DNA of 64,000 nt from Actinomycetota bacterium (GTDB taxonomy: Bacteria; Actinomycetota; UBA4738; HRBIN12), in NCBI GenBank assembly GCA_035640355.1, contig DASQWI010000007.1, positions 10,166-74,165 of the forward strand, given 5' to 3'. How positions within the stretch are numbered: position 1 is the first letter of the stretch; the number at the start of each line of letters is the position of its first letter. Shown piece by piece: positions 60,224 through 64,000 of this stretch. The translations under genes and the position numbers were made by a program. The notes under the pieces are model-generated. The model had not been told where the DNA came from and did not search any database. It saw nothing but the letters and a program-made list of their open reading frames with translations.

Positions 60224-62914
60224 GTGACTCCGGAGCGACGACGTATGCCATCCGCGCAGGTGACCGATCCGCAGCGCTTCGCGGCGCGGTACCCGTTTGC
60301 GCTCGACCCGTTCCAGCTCTCGGCTGTCGACGCGCTCGCGGAGGGGGAATCGGTGCTCGTGGCCGCGCCGACCGGCTCCGGCAAGACGGTCGTCGCCGAG
60401 TACGCGGTCGAGCGTGCACTCGAGAAAGAGGGCAAGTGCTTCTACACGACGCCGTTGAAGGCGCTTTCGAACCAGAAGTTCGGCGACCTGGTCGCTCGAT
60501 ACGGCGCCGCGAAGGTGGGCTTGCTCACCGGGGACAACTCGATCAACGGTGAGGCGCCCGTCGTCGTCATGACCACCGAGGTGCTGCGGAACATGCTGTA
60601 CGAGCAAAGCGACACGCTGGACGGGCTGAACTCGGTGGTGATGGACGAGGTGCACTACCTCCAGGATCCGTACCGCGGCGGCGTTTGGGAGGAGGTCCTG
60701 ATCCACCTTCCGTTGTCGGTCTCGGTCGTGTGTCTGTCGGCGACGATCTCCAACGCAGAGGAGTTCGGCGAGTGGATCGGAACGCTCCGCGGCCCGACCC
60801 GCGTGGTCATCGAGGAGCGACGGCCGGTCCCCCTCGAGCACCACTACCTGGTGGGCCACGACCTGCACCCGATGCACGTCGACCAGGACGGGCAGCCGAT
60901 GCCGAACCCATACCTCATCTCGCTCGATCGCGAGGAGGTCCGATACAAGACGTACTACCGGCGTGGCTCGTCCACGCTGCAGCACCACCGGATCCCTCGT
61001 CCGCGTGAGGGTCATCGCCGCGTCTTCGTTCCCAAGCGCGAGGAGGTCGCCGACGTGCTCGCCGAGAGCGCGATGCTCCCGGCGATTTACTTCGTGTTCA
61101 GTCGGGCGGGGTGCGATCGGAGCGTCGAGTGGCTCATGGCAGCGGGCATCAGGCTGACGACCTACGAGGAGGCCGGGCGCATCCGCGAGTTCGCCGAGAT
61201 GCGGGCCGCGTGGATGGACGAGCAAGACCTCAAGACGCTCGGCTTCTACGAGTTCCAGGACGCACTCGCCGCCGGGATCGCGGCGCACCACGCCGGGATG
61301 CTTCCGGTGTTCAAGGAAACCGTCGAGGAGCTTTTCGAGGCCGGTCTGGTGAAGATCGTGTTCGCCACCGAGACGCTGTCGCTCGGCATCAACATGCCCG
61401 CGAAGTCGGTGGTGCTCGAGGACCTGTGGAAGTTCCAGGGCGAGCGTCACGAGCTGCTCACACCGGGTGAGTACACGCAGCTGACCGGTCGCGCGGGACG
61501 GCGCGGCATCGATCAGCTCGGCCACGCCATCGTGGTGCTCCAGCGGAACGTGCCGTTCGAGCGTGTGGCGTCGCTCGCCTCGACGCGGACCTACGAGCTC
61601 ACATCGTCGTTTCGACCCTCGTACAACATGGCCGTGAACCTCGTGCGGAACTACGTGCGCGAGGAAGCGCACCACCTGCTGAACTCGTCGTTCGCACAGT
61701 TCCTGGCCGACCGCGGAGTCGTGGCCCTCGAGCGCCAGCTGGAGCGCGACAGGGCCTACCTCTCGGGCTATCGCGAGCAGATGCGGTGCGACCGAGGCGA
61801 CTTCGAGGAGTACTGGCGCCTGCGCGAACGGGCCGAGCGGATCCGAGAGGACGCCCGGAAGGGACGCGATCGGACGCGCGCCGACGCGGTTCGAGAGGCG
61901 CTGGGGAAGCTCCGACCGGGCGACGTGGTCTTCGTGCCGCGGGCGAAGCGCCGCGGGCTCGCCGCGGTGCTCTCGAACCGCGACGGCCGGCTGACCGTGC
62001 TCTCGCAGGACCGGAAGTTCTTCCGCGTGTCGCCACGGGATTTCGAGGAGCCACCGGTATCGCTGACGCGCATCCCGCTGCCGCGGTCGGGGAGCGCGCG
62101 GAGCGCTCGGTACCGCCGCGACCTCGCGGCGCGCCTCGTGGCGCTCGACGTCCGGGCGCCGCGCCGGCCCCGCGGCGGTGTCGACGCTCGCGTCGAGCGG
62201 GAGGCCGCACGGTTCGAACGGCAGGCGGAGGAACATCCCTGCCATGCCTGTCGTGACCGTCCGACGCATGAGCGCTGGGCGCGGCGCGCGAGCGACCTGG
62301 AGGCGCAGGTCCGGGGGGTCGAGCGGCGGATCAAGACGCGCACCGAGACGCTCGCCCGGCAGTTCGAACGCGTCCTCGCCGTGCTCACGGAATTGGGGTA
62401 CGTGAAGGACTTCTCGATCCTGCCCAAGGGTCGTTCGCTCGCTCGGATCTACGGAGAGGGTGATGTCCTCGTCGCCGAGCTGCTGGCCGAAGGGCTGCTC
62501 GAAGGACTCACGCCCTCCGAGACCGCGGCGCTCGTGTCGACGATCGTGTACGAGTCGAGGGAGCGCGTTCCGCGACAGGGCGAGCTCCCCACGGCCGCGA
62601 CGGTCGAGCGGTACACCCGGCTCACAGGGATCTACCGGCGCGTTCGGCGCGCCGAGGACTCTCACAACGTCGAGCTGATCCGGGAGCTCGACGATGGGTT
62701 CGCCTCGCCCGTGCACCGGTGGGCCGAAGGCGAGCCCCTCGAGGCGGCGCTCCGCGAGACGGGGACGGCGCCGGGCGACTTCGTGCGGAACTGCAAGCAG
62801 CTGCTCGACCTCCTCCGCCAGATCGAGGACGTCGCGGAGGGGGAGCAGGCCGACGTGGCTCGGAAGGCTCGCGAGGCGGTCAACCGGGGCGTCGTGGCGT
62901 ACACCGGCGTCTAG
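60224..62914 (+). CDS. helY: Ski2-like DEAD/DEAH-box RNA helicase HelY
   Basis: Walker A (APTGSGKT), DEVH box and SAT; helicase C motifs HHAG and QLTGRAGRRG. It has Ski2 arch/DSHCT-like C-terminal extensions and sits downstream of tatC, as in other actinobacteria. Confidence 0.92.
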   Translation: MTPERRRMPSAQVTDPQRFAARYPFALDPFQLSAVDALAEGESVLVAAPTGSGKTVVAEYAVERALEKEGKCFYTTPLKALSNQKFGDLVARYGAAKVGLLTGDNSINGEAPVVVMTTEVLRNMLYEQSDTLDGLNSVVMDEVHYLQDPYRGGVWEEVLIHLPLSVSVVCLSATISNAEEFGEWIGTLRGPTRVVIEERRPVPLEHHYLVGHDLHPMHVDQDGQPMPNPYLISLDREEVRYKTYYRRGSSTLQHHRIPRPREGHRRVFVPKREEVADVLAESAMLPAIYFVFSRAGCDRSVEWLMAAGIRLTTYEEAGRIREFAEMRAAWMDEQDLKTLGFYEFQDALAAGIAAHHAGMLPVFKETVEELFEAGLVKIVFATETLSLGINMPAKSVVLEDLWKFQGERHELLTPGEYTQLTGRAGRRGIDQLGHAIVVLQRNVPFERVASLASTRTYELTSSFRPSYNMAVNLVRNYVREEAHHLLNSSFAQFLADRGVVALERQLERDRAYLSGYREQMRCDRGDFEEYWRLRERAERIREDARKGRDRTRADAVREALGKLRPGDVVFVPRAKRRGLAAVLSNRDGRLTVLSQDRKFFRVSPRDFEEPPVSLTRIPLPRSGSARSARYRRDLAARLVALDVRAPRRPRGGVDARVEREAARFERQAEEHPCHACRDRPTHERWARRASDLEAQVRGVERRIKTRTETLARQFERVLAVLTELGYVKDFSILPKGRSLARIYGEGDVLVAELLAEGLLEGLTPSETAALVSTIVYESRERVPRQGELPTAATVERYTRLTGIYRRVRRAEDSHNVELIRELDDGFASPVHRWAEGEPLEAALRETGTAPGDFVRNCKQLLDLLRQIEDVAEGEQADVARKAREAVNRGVVAYTGV

Positions 62915-62943
62915 GGTGGTCCGCCGAATAGGATTCGCGCCGT

Positions 62944-63867
62944 ATGGCGTCCCCGTTCGGCGAGCTCACCGTCCTGGTCAACCCGCATGCCGGCCGGCGG
63001 CACGTGGGGGAGGAGATCCCCGAGCTCGAGCGCGACCTGCAGTCGCGGGGCCTCGCGTACCGGCTCGCGCGGACGGAGGGCCGCGGAGACGCGACCCGTC
63101 TGGCGCGCGAGGCGCTCAGGAACGGAGGACGGTTCATCGTCGCCGTCGGAGGCGACGGGACGGTGCACGAGGTCGTGAACGGCATGCTCGAGGACGGCAA
63201 GCCCATCGTGGATGACGCGGTCCTCGGCGTGGTGGCGGCCGGGAGCGGGAGCGATTTCATCCGGACGTTCGGGCTTCCCGGCGACGTGCCGCGCGCGTGC
63301 CAGCACCTCGAGGGCGACAACACGTACCCGCTCGACCTCGGCAAGATCACGTACACATCGAACGGTTCGTCCGGGACGCGGCTGTTCGTCAACGTCGCCG
63401 AGGCGGGTCTCGGCGCGGCGGTGGCCGCGCGAGCGGAGCGGATGTCGCCCCGGCTCGGGCAGTCGAAGTACTTCTTCGGGTTCTGGCTCACGCTGCCACG
63501 GTTCAAGATGGCGACGGTGACCGTCCGTGCCGATCGCAGGTCGTACGAAGGCCCGGCGTATCTGATCGTCGTCGGCAACGCCCAGTACAACGGCGGCGGG
63601 ATGAAGGTCTCGCCGCGTTCGTATCCGGGAGACGGCGTGCTCGACGTGCTGGTGTTCAAGGGACCCAAGTCCGACTCGTTCACGATGATCCCCAAGGTCT
63701 ACCGCGGCGAGCACGTCCCGCACGATCACGTCGAGGAGTTCCGCGTGAAGCGTGAACTGGTGATCGAGTCCGACCGGCCGCTACCCATCGAGGCGGACGG
63801 GGAGGTGCTGGGGTCGACCCCGGCGACCTTCGAGGTCATCCCGCACCCGATCCGGTTGAAGCTGTGA
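62944..63867 (+). CDS. Diacylglycerol kinase-family lipid kinase (YegS/BmrU-like)
   Basis: DAGK_cat motifs (LVNPHAGRR and VAVGGDGTVHEVVNGM) and a C-terminal beta-sandwich region. Confidence 0.85.
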   Translation: MASPFGELTVLVNPHAGRRHVGEEIPELERDLQSRGLAYRLARTEGRGDATRLAREALRNGGRFIVAVGGDGTVHEVVNGMLEDGKPIVDDAVLGVVAAGSGSDFIRTFGLPGDVPRACQHLEGDNTYPLDLGKITYTSNGSSGTRLFVNVAEAGLGAAVAARAERMSPRLGQSKYFFGFWLTLPRFKMATVTVRADRRSYEGPAYLIVVGNAQYNGGGMKVSPRSYPGDGVLDVLVFKGPKSDSFTMIPKVYRGEHVPHDHVEEFRVKRELVIESDRPLPIEADGEVLGSTPATFEVIPHPIRLKL

Positions 63868-64000
63868 ACAGGTACACGGACCGGCGAACGCGCTCGCTCA
63901 CTGCCGCCCAGGACGCGGAGCTGGCCGGTCTGCTCGTTGCGCCGGGCGCCGACCTCGTGTACCTCGTCGGTCACGATCCACCGCCCCTGGAGCGGCTCAC

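Overview
This is a 64 kb high-GC (about 68-70%) chromosomal segment of actinobacterial type, with strong GC3 codon bias. Most long minus-strand ORFs in the track are shadow frames of plus-strand genes. It contains several conserved housekeeping blocks in order.

- A partial amidohydrolase, a PLP enzyme, a ChrA chromate transporter and a CPBP protease.
- uvrA, then a secreted lipoprotein with two tandem cupredoxin domains, then uvrC-rapZ.
- gap-pgk-tpi, followed not by secG but by an archaeal-type cofactor-independent phosphoglycerate mutase (apgM) and two tandem Opp/Dpp-type peptide ABC transporter operons. secG and a tRNA-Leu(GAG) sit only after these.
- A lower-GC stretch after the tRNA with a frameshifted BNR (Asp-box) gene, an intact divergent paralog, and a ~600 nt noncoding region.
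- An fpg/nei glycosylase, then a small sugar-related cluster (RbsD/FucU, GH13 alpha-glucosidase, HAD beta-PGM-like).
- A candidate tetrahydrofolate-linked demethylation module: Amidohydro_3 enzyme, two tandem LigM/GcvT-family aminomethyltransferases, and a MetV-like zinc-ribbon protein overlapping an acetogen-type MetF.
- htrA, trmI, and a complete Pup-proteasome locus (arc/mpa, dop, pup ending in GGE, prcB, prcA, pafA, then pafB-pafC). An unknown convergent gene sits between pafA and pafB, and two small unknown genes sit between pafC and tatA/B-tatC.
- A hypothetical, an alpha/beta hydrolase, helY and a DAG-kinase-family lipid kinase.

No CRISPR arrays, transposases or integrases were seen. 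The most interesting candidates are the THF-demethylase/MetVF module, the tandem-cupredoxin lipoprotein between uvrA and uvrC, the reorganised gap operon (apgM, no whiA/yvcK), and the small unknown genes embedded in the Pup-proteasome/Tat locus.
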